Positions 28,684 through 39,348 of a stretch of DNA of 64,000 bases are shown here, piece by piece. The stretch comes from Deltaproteobacteria bacterium (GTDB lineage: Bacteria > UBA10199 > JADGCS01): the NCBI GenBank assembly GCA_024233595.1, contig JACKPK010000004.1, forward strand, positions 77,180 through 141,179. Reading direction: 5' to 3'. The notes beneath the pieces were generated by a model. That model worked only from the letters and a program-made list of their open reading frames with translations, ran no database searches and was not told the origin of the DNA. The translations under genes were made by a program, and so were the position numbers. Position 1 is the stretch's first letter, and every line of letters begins with the position of its first letter.

Positions 28684-31600
28684 ATGACGGAAAACGACAA
28701 GAAAAATCCAAAGGAACCAAAACCAAAAAAAATAAAGACAAAAAGAGTCCGTCCTTTTTACGGGCTCAAATTATTTTGGTTTTTGGTTTTCACGATCTTA
28801 TTTCTCATAGGCTTGGGGGTGTTGAACTACATCATCAACCATAAAAAATACCAAGATGATGCGGTGGCGTTTTTAGAAAAACGAACGCAATCAGAAATAG
28901 CCTTTTCGGACCTGAGCTTTAACTTATTCTTTGGCGAAATCTCGGGATCCAACATCAGCTTTCATTCTAATAAAACCAACTTAAACCTAGAGCTCAAAAA
29001 GTTCCGCATGCGTTACAACCCACTTTATTTGTGGATTGCTCGTTTTAAGCTCACCGAAATCTACGCGGAAGAGTTTTTTCTCGACACATCAGACCTCATT
29101 AAAAATCAAAGTTCCACAGCAGCCGCCAATAAAACAGAAAAGAAAAAAGCCGATTTATCTCAGTTGCCGCCCTTTTTAAAACGCATCAAACTCAAAAAAG
29201 CAGAAATCCAAAACTTTGTTTGGAAACAAAAGCCCGAGCAAACACTCACTATTAATGCGGTCAGCTTAAAATCGCGCTTCGGTTCCTCGTTTTACTCTAG
29301 CCCTTTAGACTTAGACATTCACAACACGCGATTCAGCTCCAAAAAAGTAGATTTGTTTTTAGACAAAGGCACCATCAGCGGTTTCTTTGTTTTTGATTTT
29401 TCACAACCACGGATTTTGGATGAATCAAGTTTAGAAATCAAAATGAGCATCGAAGGCTTTTTGTTATCGATCATAAAAAAAATAAAGCCATGGATCACTG
29501 ACGAAGGCTGGGACCAAGACATGAACCCAACCCTGGCTCGTTTTTTTCCCAATGGCATCCCTGAAGACCGCTCCTACATGTTTTTAGAGGAAGCTCGCTT
29601 GTCCTTAAAAAAAGCCAAAAACCAAATCTCTCTGGAACAACTTCTGGTGAATCTGGGCGGGTCTAAATTAATGGGGCAAGCCAATTGGAATTTGGGATCA
29701 AAAAATTTTCAACTCTCTTTAAACACCAAAGACCCCTTGCCTATTTCAAAACTACCTTTGGGCCAAGCCAAAATCCGCAAAGCCTTTGGAGGTTTTCGGG
29801 TCGCTTTAACAGCAAAAGGCAAGGTCACAGATTTGCAAAGCAATAACATTAACACAGACATTGCCTTAGCCATGGTCGATAACCTTGTGACGCCAGAAAA
29901 AGGCGACCTCACGGCCGTGATCAAAGGCCAGATTCAAAATTCACGCTTAACAACCGATCAACTCAAAATCTCTTTGGCCGATGGTCTGATTGAAGGCAAC
30001 GGCAGCATGAATCTGCTCAAAGGACACACAACTGTTTCTTTTAAAGCCAAAGACTTTGATGCCGAAACCATTGTGCGTTTGTTTTCGACAATACGTGTTC
30101 CCGCTAAAGTTGATGGGACAGGAATATTAGAAGGAAAGGTCAATAACCCCACTATTAAAATAAACATGTCCAGCGAAGATGCTGGCTACGAGTTTTTGCA
30201 TTTTGGTCCGGCCGCAGGCACCTTGGTTTTGCAAAACAAAGACCTGATTTTAGATGTGGCCACCTCAAAAAACACAATGGGCGAGAGCAAACTCATGCTG
30301 AAGTCATACAATGTGTTTTCCCCTTTTGAACAAAAAATGGAACTGAGTTCTTCTTTTGTTGATCTCAAAATCAAAGAGCTTCTCAATTCAACAAGCATGT
30401 CCGGTTTGATTGGTGGTGATTTTAACCTCAAAAGAAAACAAGGTGTGAGTAACGCCAACGGCGCCTTTTTGGCCAAAGACTTTTCCTTCTTTGAAGAAAA
30501 AATTGGCGACGTGGCATTTGAAGCTTTGATCAAAGACAAGCACGCCGACATCAAAAATTTAAAAATCGATGTCGCTTTCCCAGAAGAGACTATCACCACC
30601 CCACTCGCATTGAGCTTTGATTTTGATGACTACGGTTACCTTGTGCAAGGAACACCGATCAAAGGACTTAAGCTCAAAGGCAAGTTTTTAAAAGCCAAGC
30701 GCGAAGAACTTAAATTAGACATCACCGCCAACAATCTCTCACTAAATGTTTTCTCATCAATCATGCCCATCAAACCCATTCGCTCGCAATTTGATGGCCA
30801 AATCGCCTTGGACTACAACATCTATGACCCTTGGTTGAGCTCCTTCACCGCTAAAATCAAAGACCTTAGGTTGTTCACAAGCGATCTTAACTACGAAGTT
30901 TTAAAACCAACAACACTGGTCTACAAAAACCAAACACTGACCTTCAGTCGCTTTGAATTATCATCCGGACAAGGGAAGTTTCTATTAGATGGCGCTCTAG
31001 GAAGAAACGCTAACTCGAATCTAAAAGTAAAAGGCAAAATTGACTTTGCGCCTTTTAACGATGTGAACCCTTTTATTTCTGAATCCGACACACCCATTGA
31101 TGTCGATGTGACTTTAAAAGGAGACATTTTAAAACCAGATGTTTTTGGGCACATCGATTTTGACAAAGACACCATTAAGTTCAGACAAGCTCCGGTAGAC
31201 TTAGAAGAAATTTCTGGTCGCGTGAACTTTAAAGGCAAACGACTTTCCACCGAAGCCCTTTCGCTGTTTTTTGACGATGCACCCACCACAGTTCAAGGGT
31301 GGATCGAAACCAATTACGAAATGGTCACTGCGGCCAACTTAAATATAGAAGGCAAAGAAATGCCTTTGCGCCCTATCGATGGCATGGTGATGCTCTCTGA
31401 TGCGAACCTGAGCCTTAAAGGCAGCGGCGGCAACCTGACGTTAAGTGGTCCTGTTAACATTGTTGATGGCGTTTACACACGCAACTTTAGTGTGACCAAT
31501 TTTGTGATCAAACCCGTGGCGGATCTTTACGAAGAAGAAAGCGACACCTTTGCCGGTTTGCCCTTATCGACTCGTTACAATCTACGCATCAAGAACACCG

Positions 31601-32292
31601 GTGAATTGGCGATTCGCAACAACCTCGCTGATTTAGAAATGAACGCTGACCTGAGTCTTTTTGGCACAATCGATAAACCCGATCTTGTCGGCCAATTGGA
31701 CTTTTTAGGCGGGCAGATTCATGCTTTTGGTTTGGATTTTGATCGCGCCAAAGGCTTTGCTCAGTTTAAAAGAAACAAAGGTTATGATGCTAACGTGAAC
31801 CTCACCGCTGTTAAAGAAATTCAAGAATACAACATCACAGCGCAAATCGAAGGACCATCTGATAACTTGCGCTTGCGTTTGAGTTCATCACCGGCGTTGA
31901 GCCACCGTGAAATCTTAGCGGTGATTTTTTACGGCCAAACTCCAGATCAGTTAAACGATGCCGAACGCCGCAATTTCACACAAACTGTTGCGATCAGTCA
32001 GCTAGCCAGTATTTTATCAGACCCCTTCACCGATTTATCCGGCTTAGATGTTCTAGAAGTCAATAGCCGTCAGCAAACATCAACGCAAACCGTGCAGCGT
32101 TTGTCTGTTGGCAAAAGACTCTCGGACCGTTTTGAAGTTTCGTTCACAACAGACATTGGCATCACCAACCCGGAACGCGCTTTTGAATTGCGTTACCAAA
32201 TTTTTGATAATTTTTATTTGATTGCGGCAAAAGACATTGTGGGGCGTAATCGTTATCGCTTTGATGTGAATCTGCGTTTTTCAACTTACTGA
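28684..32292 (+). CDS. tamB: Translocation and assembly module protein TamB-like (DUF490 C-terminus)
   Basis: About 1200 aa with an N-terminal TM anchor (LFWFLVFTILFLIGLGVLNYI), a long beta-rich body, and a C-terminus ...RLSVGKRLSDRFEVSFTTDIG...FELRYQIFDNFYLIAAKD...RYRFDVNLRFSTY. The ATG at 28684 is preferred over the ORF-track TTG at 28663. Confidence 0.8.
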   Translation: MTENDKKNPKEPKPKKIKTKRVRPFYGLKLFWFLVFTILFLIGLGVLNYIINHKKYQDDAVAFLEKRTQSEIAFSDLSFNLFFGEISGSNISFHSNKTNLNLELKKFRMRYNPLYLWIARFKLTEIYAEEFFLDTSDLIKNQSSTAAANKTEKKKADLSQLPPFLKRIKLKKAEIQNFVWKQKPEQTLTINAVSLKSRFGSSFYSSPLDLDIHNTRFSSKKVDLFLDKGTISGFFVFDFSQPRILDESSLEIKMSIEGFLLSIIKKIKPWITDEGWDQDMNPTLARFFPNGIPEDRSYMFLEEARLSLKKAKNQISLEQLLVNLGGSKLMGQANWNLGSKNFQLSLNTKDPLPISKLPLGQAKIRKAFGGFRVALTAKGKVTDLQSNNINTDIALAMVDNLVTPEKGDLTAVIKGQIQNSRLTTDQLKISLADGLIEGNGSMNLLKGHTTVSFKAKDFDAETIVRLFSTIRVPAKVDGTGILEGKVNNPTIKINMSSEDAGYEFLHFGPAAGTLVLQNKDLILDVATSKNTMGESKLMLKSYNVFSPFEQKMELSSSFVDLKIKELLNSTSMSGLIGGDFNLKRKQGVSNANGAFLAKDFSFFEEKIGDVAFEALIKDKHADIKNLKIDVAFPEETITTPLALSFDFDDYGYLVQGTPIKGLKLKGKFLKAKREELKLDITANNLSLNVFSSIMPIKPIRSQFDGQIALDYNIYDPWLSSFTAKIKDLRLFTSDLNYEVLKPTTLVYKNQTLTFSRFELSSGQGKFLLDGALGRNANSNLKVKGKIDFAPFNDVNPFISESDTPIDVDVTLKGDILKPDVFGHIDFDKDTIKFRQAPVDLEEISGRVNFKGKRLSTEALSLFFDDAPTTVQGWIETNYEMVTAANLNIEGKEMPLRPIDGMVMLSDANLSLKGSGGNLTLSGPVNIVDGVYTRNFSVTNFVIKPVADLYEEESDTFAGLPLSTRYNLRIKNTGELAIRNNLADLEMNADLSLFGTIDKPDLVGQLDFLGGQIHAFGLDFDRAKGFAQFKRNKGYDANVNLTAVKEIQEYNITAQIEGPSDNLRLRLSSSPALSHREILAVIFYGQTPDQLNDAERRNFTQTVAISQLASILSDPFTDLSGLDVLEVNSRQQTSTQTVQRLSVGKRLSDRFEVSFTTDIGITNPERAFELRYQIFDNFYLIAAKDIVGRNRYRFDVNLRFSTY

Positions 32293-34038
32293 CTAAGCAC
32301 TGGGTTGTGGCAATTCTTTTTCTTCGCTCACTTCTGGTGTTGGAGCTTCTGCCGCAGCGGTGGTTTCTTCTGCAGGCTCTTCTTCTGAAGCGGATTGTTC
32401 CTCGCCTGCTTCAGCTTCACTGAGCTCCTGAGGCATTTCATCAACAACCTCAGTCACATCATCAACCCGATCGCTTTGACCTTCTGGCTGCGCTAGCGCC
32501 GCAGCTTCTTTGGCTTTTTGTTGATCAATAAAATCACTCATGGTTCCGGTAAAGGCAGGAAGGAACACATGGAAGACCGCGCCATTGGACACGCTGGATT
32601 CAACAACAATTTTTCCGCCAAGCTGACGTAAACCTTCGCGCACCATGGCCAAACCAAGACCCATGGTTTTGATTTCATCTGACTTGGTTGTGAAGAACGG
32701 CTCAAAAATATCTTCTTTGGATTCATCGGGTATGCCTCTGCCTGTGTCTGAAATCACAAGCCAAACATACTGACCTTCGCGCAACATGCCCGTAAGATTT
32801 GATCCTTTGCCCACCGTGATGTTGCGCCCTTTGACACTAAACTCGCCACCATCCGGCATGGCTTCAAACGCATTGCGCGCCATATTGATGAGCATGTTCA
32901 AAAGAAAAGTCTTGGTGCCCACAACACCCCACAAACCTGGTGGTAATTTTTGTTGCAAAGTGATTCCCTTAGGAGCCAAACGCTCAATGAGCAAAAAGCC
33001 TTCCGCAATGACCTGATCCAAAACCACTTTGGTGGTTTTTTCGATGGTCAGTGGGTCAGGATAAGAAATGAGTTGTTCACAAACTTTTTTACCCTGCAAA
33101 GATGTTTTGTAAATCTCTTGATGATTCTCTTGCACTTCCTCAGCAGAGAGACTGCCTGTCATGAGCATTTGTAAAAAACCCAAAATCACATCCAAGCGAC
33201 CTTTTAAATCGCGAGCCACTTGCTTAGAGACCAAATCAAGATGAGCCGTACGATGCTGACGAATGATGTAGTTCTGCGCCTTAGAAAGGTCTTTGACCAT
33301 TTTGTTAAAGACACGAATCATTTTACCCATCTCATCACTTTGATTTTCTTCAAGCTGCACTTCTAAATGCCCTTCAGACGCTTCGCGAATGCCTTTGTGC
33401 AAGGCCTTCAGTGGTTTTGTGATGGAATTGATAAACCAAACAATAAAAATCAGAGTGAAGATTGCCACGACGGTCATGGCGGATAAAACCGAGGTCAGCA
33501 TTTTGGCAGCCACCTCTTCGTTTTCGCGGATCAAGATTTTATTTTTTTCCGAGAAATCAGTGTAAAGCGTAATTGTTTTTTGCGTGAGGGTTTCGATCAC
33601 CTCTTCAGCTTCTTTTGTGGTGCGCAATCGCAGCTGCATGGCCTGCTCTTGGTCATTCATTGTGTAGGTTTTGCGCACAGCACGATTGAGTTCCAATAAA
33701 CCTTTGTAATAGTTTTCGATCTCGACAGCTAAAATTTTAAACTCTTTGTCGATCTTGCCCTTTTTCAAAACACCAATGGTTTTTTCGATGTCTTCTTTAT
33801 TAAGATCCAAAAAAGTCACAACGGTTTGGTTGCCCGAAAAATAAAAACGATGCACCATCGCCACGTTCGAGATTTGGTAACGCAACTTCGCGACCTCTTC
33901 TAGGTAACGTGATTTGATAAAGTAGTTAATATTGGTATTGTTAACGTGTTTCACAAGCCAATAGGTGGACATCATGCCCACCACTGTCGACATAAAAACA
34001 AAACCAAAAGCCAGAATGAGTTTTTTCTTTAAAGTCAT
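32293..34038 (-). CDS. Membrane sensor histidine-kinase-like protein (HAMP + HATPase) with degenerate H-box
   Basis: Two TM segments, HAMP (ITKPLKALHKGIREASEGHLEVQLE...), N box NMARNAFEAM, G1 DTGRGIP, F box FEPFFTTK, G2 GLGLAMV. The H-box reads QVARDLKGRLDVILGFLQML, with Arg276 where the phospho-His is expected. An acidic tail of about 80 aa follows. Confidence 0.8.
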   Translation of the reverse strand: MTLKKKLILAFGFVFMSTVVGMMSTYWLVKHVNNTNINYFIKSRYLEEVAKLRYQISNVAMVHRFYFSGNQTVVTFLDLNKEDIEKTIGVLKKGKIDKEFKILAVEIENYYKGLLELNRAVRKTYTMNDQEQAMQLRLRTTKEAEEVIETLTQKTITLYTDFSEKNKILIRENEEVAAKMLTSVLSAMTVVAIFTLIFIVWFINSITKPLKALHKGIREASEGHLEVQLEENQSDEMGKMIRVFNKMVKDLSKAQNYIIRQHRTAHLDLVSKQVARDLKGRLDVILGFLQMLMTGSLSAEEVQENHQEIYKTSLQGKKVCEQLISYPDPLTIEKTTKVVLDQVIAEGFLLIERLAPKGITLQQKLPPGLWGVVGTKTFLLNMLINMARNAFEAMPDGGEFSVKGRNITVGKGSNLTGMLREGQYVWLVISDTGRGIPDESKEDIFEPFFTTKSDEIKTMGLGLAMVREGLRQLGGKIVVESSVSNGAVFHVFLPAFTGTMSDFIDQQKAKEAAALAQPEGQSDRVDDVTEVVDEMPQELSEAEAGEEQSASEEEPAEETTAAAEAPTPEVSEEKELPQPSA

Positions 34039-34119
34039 GCGCTCAACCAGTTATTCAAATCTTTATTTTGCCGATTAAATCAACGGATGACAATTGATTA
34101 ATAAAAATTTAACGAGAAC

Positions 34120-36888
34120 ATGGAGTTAGGATTGACTGTCAGAATCTCGAAAACGCCCCCGCCAAGCCCTGTTTTCCGCCTCAAAAAAACACAACTATTT
34201 GTTTTTATTATATTTATTTTAATATTTCCCATTGCAACCCAACCCGCTCTGAGCAACGACGAAATTCTGCTGCGTGAGATTCACATCACAACCCCGCAAA
34301 ACGAATTTGATACCAAAACTTGGGACAATCTTTTTCCATTTAAAAAAGGTGATCGAGTCAGCAAACAAAAACTCGAAGATCGCATCAGCGCCATCAATCA
34401 ACTCAATCTTTTTCAAACAATTGAATACCAACTCAAAGAGCTTGGGAAAAACACATACGAACTAGACGTAAAAATAGACCAAGCGCCTAAAGTTCGCGAC
34501 ATCAACGTCAAAGGCAACTATCCCTTTTTAGCAAAAGACATCCGACGTTTGGTGTCGATTCAATCCGGCGATGTTTTTGAAAAAAGCGAACTCAGAAAAT
34601 CTGAAACCATCATCACCGAGTACTTAGAAAAACACGGCTTTTACGGCTCCACAGTGTCTATTTCTAAAAGAAAACAATCAGACAAAGGTTACGTTGATCT
34701 ATTAGTCGATCTCGACAAAGGCAAAACTTATCGCGTTGGCGAAATCACTGTTAAAGGAAATCACTTTCTCAAAACAAATCGCATCAAAAATAAAATCTCT
34801 CGCTTTGGTAGATTTCGTATCGAACGTTTCAAAAAAGACATCAAAAAAATAAAAGAACTCTACCGTAAAAAAGGCTTTATCAAAGCGCGGGTCAAAACCG
34901 AAGATTTAGCCTACAATAGCAAAACCGAAAAAGTCGGCATCAGCATCCAAGTCCGAGAAAACCGCAAGCTCACCTTGTTCTTAAGCGGAGAAAGTCGCTT
35001 CTCGTTATCGCGCTTAAAACCCGTGATGGGCCTAGAAAAGCGTCGTTCATACGATCGTGTTGCCATTGCCAACGCAAAAAACAGACTCAAACGCTTTTAC
35101 CAACTCAAAGGTTACCCCAACGCGCAGATCAAATCCAAAATAGAAAAACCAGATGATCATCAAGTGCATGTTTATTTAGAGATCAATGCTGGAAAACGTG
35201 TTTTGCTCAAAGACATTCAATTTGATGGCAATGACGAAATCGGCAAACAAAAGCTACAAAAGAACATCGACTCTGTTGAGTCGGGGTTATTTTCGAACGA
35301 GCCTTTTAATCAACGCCAACTCATCAAAGACCAACTTAAATTAGCGGCCTATTACAAAGGCCAAGGTTTTTTTGATTCCGAAATCAAAACGCCTGAGGTC
35401 GAAAAAAATCATTTTGGAGATCAGGTCACTGTTTCTTTCCCAATTTCCGAAGGGCAACAGTACAGCATTGGCTCCATCACACTTGCTTCAGAAGACAAAC
35501 TCGATACTGAGAAATTACTCAAAGTCAGCAAATTAAAAACCAAAGACGATTACAAAGCCGAAGACATTCAGGAAGCCACTTTAAAATTAAAAGAACACTT
35601 TGAAAAACAAGGACACGCCTACGTCGAGATCAAAAACGAAAACATTGTGAACCGTGAACAAAAAACCGTGTCTGTGATTTTTCACATTCAAAAAGGACCC
35701 ATTGTCCGTGTTCGCAAAATCCTTCTCAAAGGCAATTTCCAAACCAAATCAAAAATCATCCGACGCCATCTTAAACTCAAAGAAGGCGAGCTTTTTGTTT
35801 TTCAAGACATGCTAGACGGGCAACTCAACTTAAGACGCTTGGGTGTTTTTAGCTCAGTACGCGCCACACCTTTGGGATTTGATCAAAGGCAAACCGAGTT
35901 GGATGTTTTAGTCAGTGTGATTGAACGTAAACCAGTTGTGGTCGAACTATCCGCAGGCTTTGACAGTCGCAACCTAGCTACCGGCGAATTGAATTTCACA
36001 AAGTATAATTTGTTTGGATCAGCACGACAGCTATCAACGCGCGTCATTGGTGGTTTGCAATACAGCCGCGCTGAGCTTACTTTTTACTCGCCGCGTATTT
36101 TTGGCGCCAGTTGGAACTTAGCCAATCAGTATTTTGGCCAATACGAAAACACCACCAACTTTAACGCCTACAGCTATGGCGGATTTATCAACACGCTCAA
36201 AAACTTTGGTCCGCATTGGACATTTGGATTCAAAGAGCAAATCACACGCACTGAAGTTTTAGAAAGTGAATCAAACGTAGCCGCTCTTGGTAACGCCTTA
36301 TTTGACAACACTTTTAACGAATTTCAAGTCAGCTTGATTTTTGATGCGCGCGATAACTTTTCTGACCCACAAAAAGGGGTTTACATTTTAGCGCGTAACG
36401 AATGGAACACCGACCTCTCTGACGTCACCAATAACTTTAACACAGTCGAGCTCAACGCAAGCCACTACCTAGGCTTTTTAAAACGCTTCACGTTAGTGAA
36501 CACCTTACGCTATGGCCACACCTTTGGCCTGGGAACAACACCGCGTATTCCCGTTAACAAATTATTTTTCTTAGGTGGCTCAGACACTTTGCGAGGTTTT
36601 ACGGAAGATGGCGTGAACCCTTCTGGTGGTACGGTGCAATTGATCTACAATGGCGAATTGCAGTTTGCTTTTACCGAGTCAGTCAAGGTGGCCGGTTTTT
36701 TTGATGCCGGAGTTTTGCAAAATGACATCCAAGCGATTCAAAAAAGTGATGTCCGCGAATCAGCCGGCATGGGCTTGCGCTACTTCACCCCCATTGGCCC
36801 CCTGCGCTTGGATTGGGGATTTATTCTCGATAGAAAATCCGGCGAGCCACAAAGCCGCCTGCACTTTTCCTTTGGTTATTTTTTCTAA
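34120..36888 (+). CDS. bamA: Outer membrane protein assembly factor BamA (Omp85 family)
   Basis: Signal peptide, repeated POTRA-like units (VRDINVKGNY..., GEITVKGNHFL..., KDIQFDGNDEI..., RKILLKGNFQTK...), and a C-terminal beta-barrel ending ...RLHFSFGYFF. Confidence 0.85.
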   Translation: MELGLTVRISKTPPPSPVFRLKKTQLFVFIIFILIFPIATQPALSNDEILLREIHITTPQNEFDTKTWDNLFPFKKGDRVSKQKLEDRISAINQLNLFQTIEYQLKELGKNTYELDVKIDQAPKVRDINVKGNYPFLAKDIRRLVSIQSGDVFEKSELRKSETIITEYLEKHGFYGSTVSISKRKQSDKGYVDLLVDLDKGKTYRVGEITVKGNHFLKTNRIKNKISRFGRFRIERFKKDIKKIKELYRKKGFIKARVKTEDLAYNSKTEKVGISIQVRENRKLTLFLSGESRFSLSRLKPVMGLEKRRSYDRVAIANAKNRLKRFYQLKGYPNAQIKSKIEKPDDHQVHVYLEINAGKRVLLKDIQFDGNDEIGKQKLQKNIDSVESGLFSNEPFNQRQLIKDQLKLAAYYKGQGFFDSEIKTPEVEKNHFGDQVTVSFPISEGQQYSIGSITLASEDKLDTEKLLKVSKLKTKDDYKAEDIQEATLKLKEHFEKQGHAYVEIKNENIVNREQKTVSVIFHIQKGPIVRVRKILLKGNFQTKSKIIRRHLKLKEGELFVFQDMLDGQLNLRRLGVFSSVRATPLGFDQRQTELDVLVSVIERKPVVVELSAGFDSRNLATGELNFTKYNLFGSARQLSTRVIGGLQYSRAELTFYSPRIFGASWNLANQYFGQYENTTNFNAYSYGGFINTLKNFGPHWTFGFKEQITRTEVLESESNVAALGNALFDNTFNEFQVSLIFDARDNFSDPQKGVYILARNEWNTDLSDVTNNFNTVELNASHYLGFLKRFTLVNTLRYGHTFGLGTTPRIPVNKLFFLGGSDTLRGFTEDGVNPSGGTVQLIYNGELQFAFTESVKVAGFFDAGVLQNDIQAIQKSDVRESAGMGLRYFTPIGPLRLDWGFILDRKSGEPQSRLHFSFGYFF

Positions 36889-37002
36889 AAAAAGCTTATC
36901 TTATCTATAGTTAACCATCTCGAGTTTACTTGCTTCAGCCCAAAGCTTTCGCTATGCCATGGCTTCGGCAAAATCATTTTTTTGCTGAAAGCGAGACCAA
37001 AC

Positions 37003-39348
37003 ATGAACCATCATCAACTGATCAGCCTGGCTATTTTTTTGCCATTTGTGGTGGCTCCTATTTTATTTTTCTCGTCTCGCCTGCATCACCGCGCCGCTTA
37101 CCCAGCTTTGCTTGTGGCCTTGCTTTCTTTGTTGTCTGTGTTTCAACTTTACCAACACGCTCCCAGCGAGCCTTTGGTTTTTGCCACGCCTTGGATCCCC
37201 GACCTGCAATTGAATTTTTCTTTTCTGATCGATGGCCTTTCACTCTTTTATGGTTTTGTTGTCTCAGGCATGGGGCTCTTGGTCATACTTTACGCACGAT
37301 TTTACCTTGGTGAAACTTACGGGTTTCAAAGTCGCTTTTACGCTTACCTGCTCTTTTTTATGGGGGCCATGCTCGGCACTGTGTTTTCTAACAACGCCAT
37401 GTTGCTCTTCGTGTTTTGGGAATTAACCGGCATTGCGTCTTTCTTTTTAATTGGATTTTCTCACAACAAAGAAAACAGCCGCATTGGCGCACGCATGGCT
37501 TTGATCACCACAGGCATTGGCGGCCTTGCCATGTTAATGGGGATCATTGTTCTTTCGCACCAAACCGGCACAAGCTCTTTGAGTGCTCTCATTCAAGAAG
37601 CCAGCAAAGGATCCTTGCAAGGGGCTTGGGTGCACGCGGTGATCATCCTGCTTTTACTGGGCGCCTTTAGCAAATCCGCCCAGTTTCCGTTTCACTACTG
37701 GCTCCCCAATGCCATGGCCGCGCCCACTCCAGTAAGTGCCTACCTGCATTCTGCCACCATGGTGAAGCTCGGCCTATTCCTGGTCGCGCGTTTTCATCCT
37801 ATATTAAGCGATACCTCTCTCTGGTTTTTTATTTTGGTGAGCATTGGTTTTTTCACCATGTTGCTTGGCAGCGTGTTTGCTTTTTTATCACACGACCTCA
37901 AAGCTGTGCTTGCTTACTCGACCGTAAGCCAACTCGGTTTCATCATGGGTCATTACGGACTGCAAAGCAAAGGCCTTGTCGGTTTCGATTTTTTTCATGT
38001 GAGCAACCATGTGTTTTACAAAGGCCTCTTATTTATGGTGGCCGGCATCATTGATCACGCCGCCGGCACGCGTGACTTACGACAATTGGGGGGGCTCAAA
38101 AAACAAATGCCTTTAACAAGCATCATCTGTGCCATTGGCTTGCTCGGCATGACAGCCTTTCCTGGCACCACAGGTTTTATCAGCAAAGAACTCATGCTGG
38201 AACACCTGGTGCACGGTCTGGGTTCGACGCATAGCGCGTTCTACACTTACGCTTTGATCTGTGTGGGGTTATCGGCAAGCTTCATGGTGGCCTTTTCTCT
38301 TCGGATTTTTTGCAACACCTTCTTGGGCGCCGAAAAAAACTTTGAGCATTTTCACAAGCCTTCTTTCTTATTTAATTTAAGTCCGCTTGTGTTGTCTGTG
38401 CCACTGGTTGTCTTTGGTTTTTTCCCACAAAGCTTCCAAAACATTTTGACCACACTCCATGTCAATTTAATGCACCAAACAACGCTGCCAGCCTTGGCTG
38501 TGTTTCATGGTTTCACTTGGCCTTTGGGAATCAGCATCATGGCCTTTGCTTTGGGCTTTGTTCTTTACAAGCTGGCGCAAGGCAATGCTTGGCAATTTGC
38601 GCGTATCCCCAATATTTTGCGCTTTGATCATTTCTTTAATTTCAAACACGATGCCGTGATTACCAACGCAAAAAAAATCACCCACGTGCTGCGTTCTGAC
38701 ACACCCAAAGATTACCTCTTTGTCATCACGGGTTTTGTTTCGCTTTGTCTTATTCTTTTGCTCTGCCAATCCTCGGTTTGGTCAAGCTTTGTGCATTCTG
38801 ATTTTAGTCTTTTCATTGAACAACCCCTTGGTTTGCTGGCCTTGATCTTAGTCGGCCTGGGTGTGTTTGGCACATTAAAAAGCCGCAACATGATTTACAA
38901 ACTCATCTCTTTGTCTATCGCTGGTTTTCTGATCACCTTCTTTTTTGTTTTGTACAAAGCACCCGACTTGGCGCTCACTCAAATCCTCATCGAAGTGGTG
39001 TCACTGGTCTTGGTTTTACTTCTGTTCACAAAACTCCCCACATCCGAAATGATCGACAGCAAAAAATTCGAGTGGGGTTTACGAAAAATCATTCAGATCA
39101 GTCTTTCTGTTCTTGTTGGTGTTGTGGTTTTCTTTTTGGTCTTGCTCGGCGTTAACTTTGCCACACCCGATAAAATGGGATCCTATTTTACAGACAACAC
39201 ACTTGCTCTTGCCGAGGGCGCCAACGCCGTGAACACTGTGTTGGTTGATTTTCGTGGCTACGACACCATGGGTGAAATTTCTGTTTTGGTCATCGCGATG
39301 ATTGGCATCCTGGCTCTGCTCATGAGCAAACAGGAGGTGAAAGAATGA
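37003..39348 (+). CDS. mrpA: Na+/H+ antiporter Mrp/Mnh subunit A
   Basis: About 780-aa polytopic protein with NuoL/ND5-like core (...FFLIGF...SKSAQFPFHYWLPNAMAAPTPVSAYLHSATMVKLG...) plus a C-terminal MrpB-like extension. First gene of a 7-gene overlapping operon. ATG 37003 is preferred to TTG 36982. Confidence 0.9.
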   Translation: MNHHQLISLAIFLPFVVAPILFFSSRLHHRAAYPALLVALLSLLSVFQLYQHAPSEPLVFATPWIPDLQLNFSFLIDGLSLFYGFVVSGMGLLVILYARFYLGETYGFQSRFYAYLLFFMGAMLGTVFSNNAMLLFVFWELTGIASFFLIGFSHNKENSRIGARMALITTGIGGLAMLMGIIVLSHQTGTSSLSALIQEASKGSLQGAWVHAVIILLLLGAFSKSAQFPFHYWLPNAMAAPTPVSAYLHSATMVKLGLFLVARFHPILSDTSLWFFILVSIGFFTMLLGSVFAFLSHDLKAVLAYSTVSQLGFIMGHYGLQSKGLVGFDFFHVSNHVFYKGLLFMVAGIIDHAAGTRDLRQLGGLKKQMPLTSIICAIGLLGMTAFPGTTGFISKELMLEHLVHGLGSTHSAFYTYALICVGLSASFMVAFSLRIFCNTFLGAEKNFEHFHKPSFLFNLSPLVLSVPLVVFGFFPQSFQNILTTLHVNLMHQTTLPALAVFHGFTWPLGISIMAFALGFVLYKLAQGNAWQFARIPNILRFDHFFNFKHDAVITNAKKITHVLRSDTPKDYLFVITGFVSLCLILLLCQSSVWSSFVHSDFSLFIEQPLGLLALILVGLGVFGTLKSRNMIYKLISLSIAGFLITFFFVLYKAPDLALTQILIEVVSLVLVLLLFTKLPTSEMIDSKKFEWGLRKIIQISLSVLVGVVVFFLVLLGVNFATPDKMGSYFTDNTLALAEGANAVNTVLVDFRGYDTMGEISVLVIAMIGILALLMSKQEVKE

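Noticed and set aside
34073-34102. Imperfect inverted repeat GATTAAATCAA...TTGATTAAT between the kinase-like gene and bamA.
   Set aside because: The arms are AT-only and differ by an indel. Chance occurrence in AT-rich intergenic DNA is plausible.
36930-37313. 127-aa plus-strand ORF overlapping the start of mrpA in another frame.
   Set aside because: The mrpA frame has clear NuoL/MrpA homology through this region. The alternative frame is Cys/Phe/Leu-rich with no motif.
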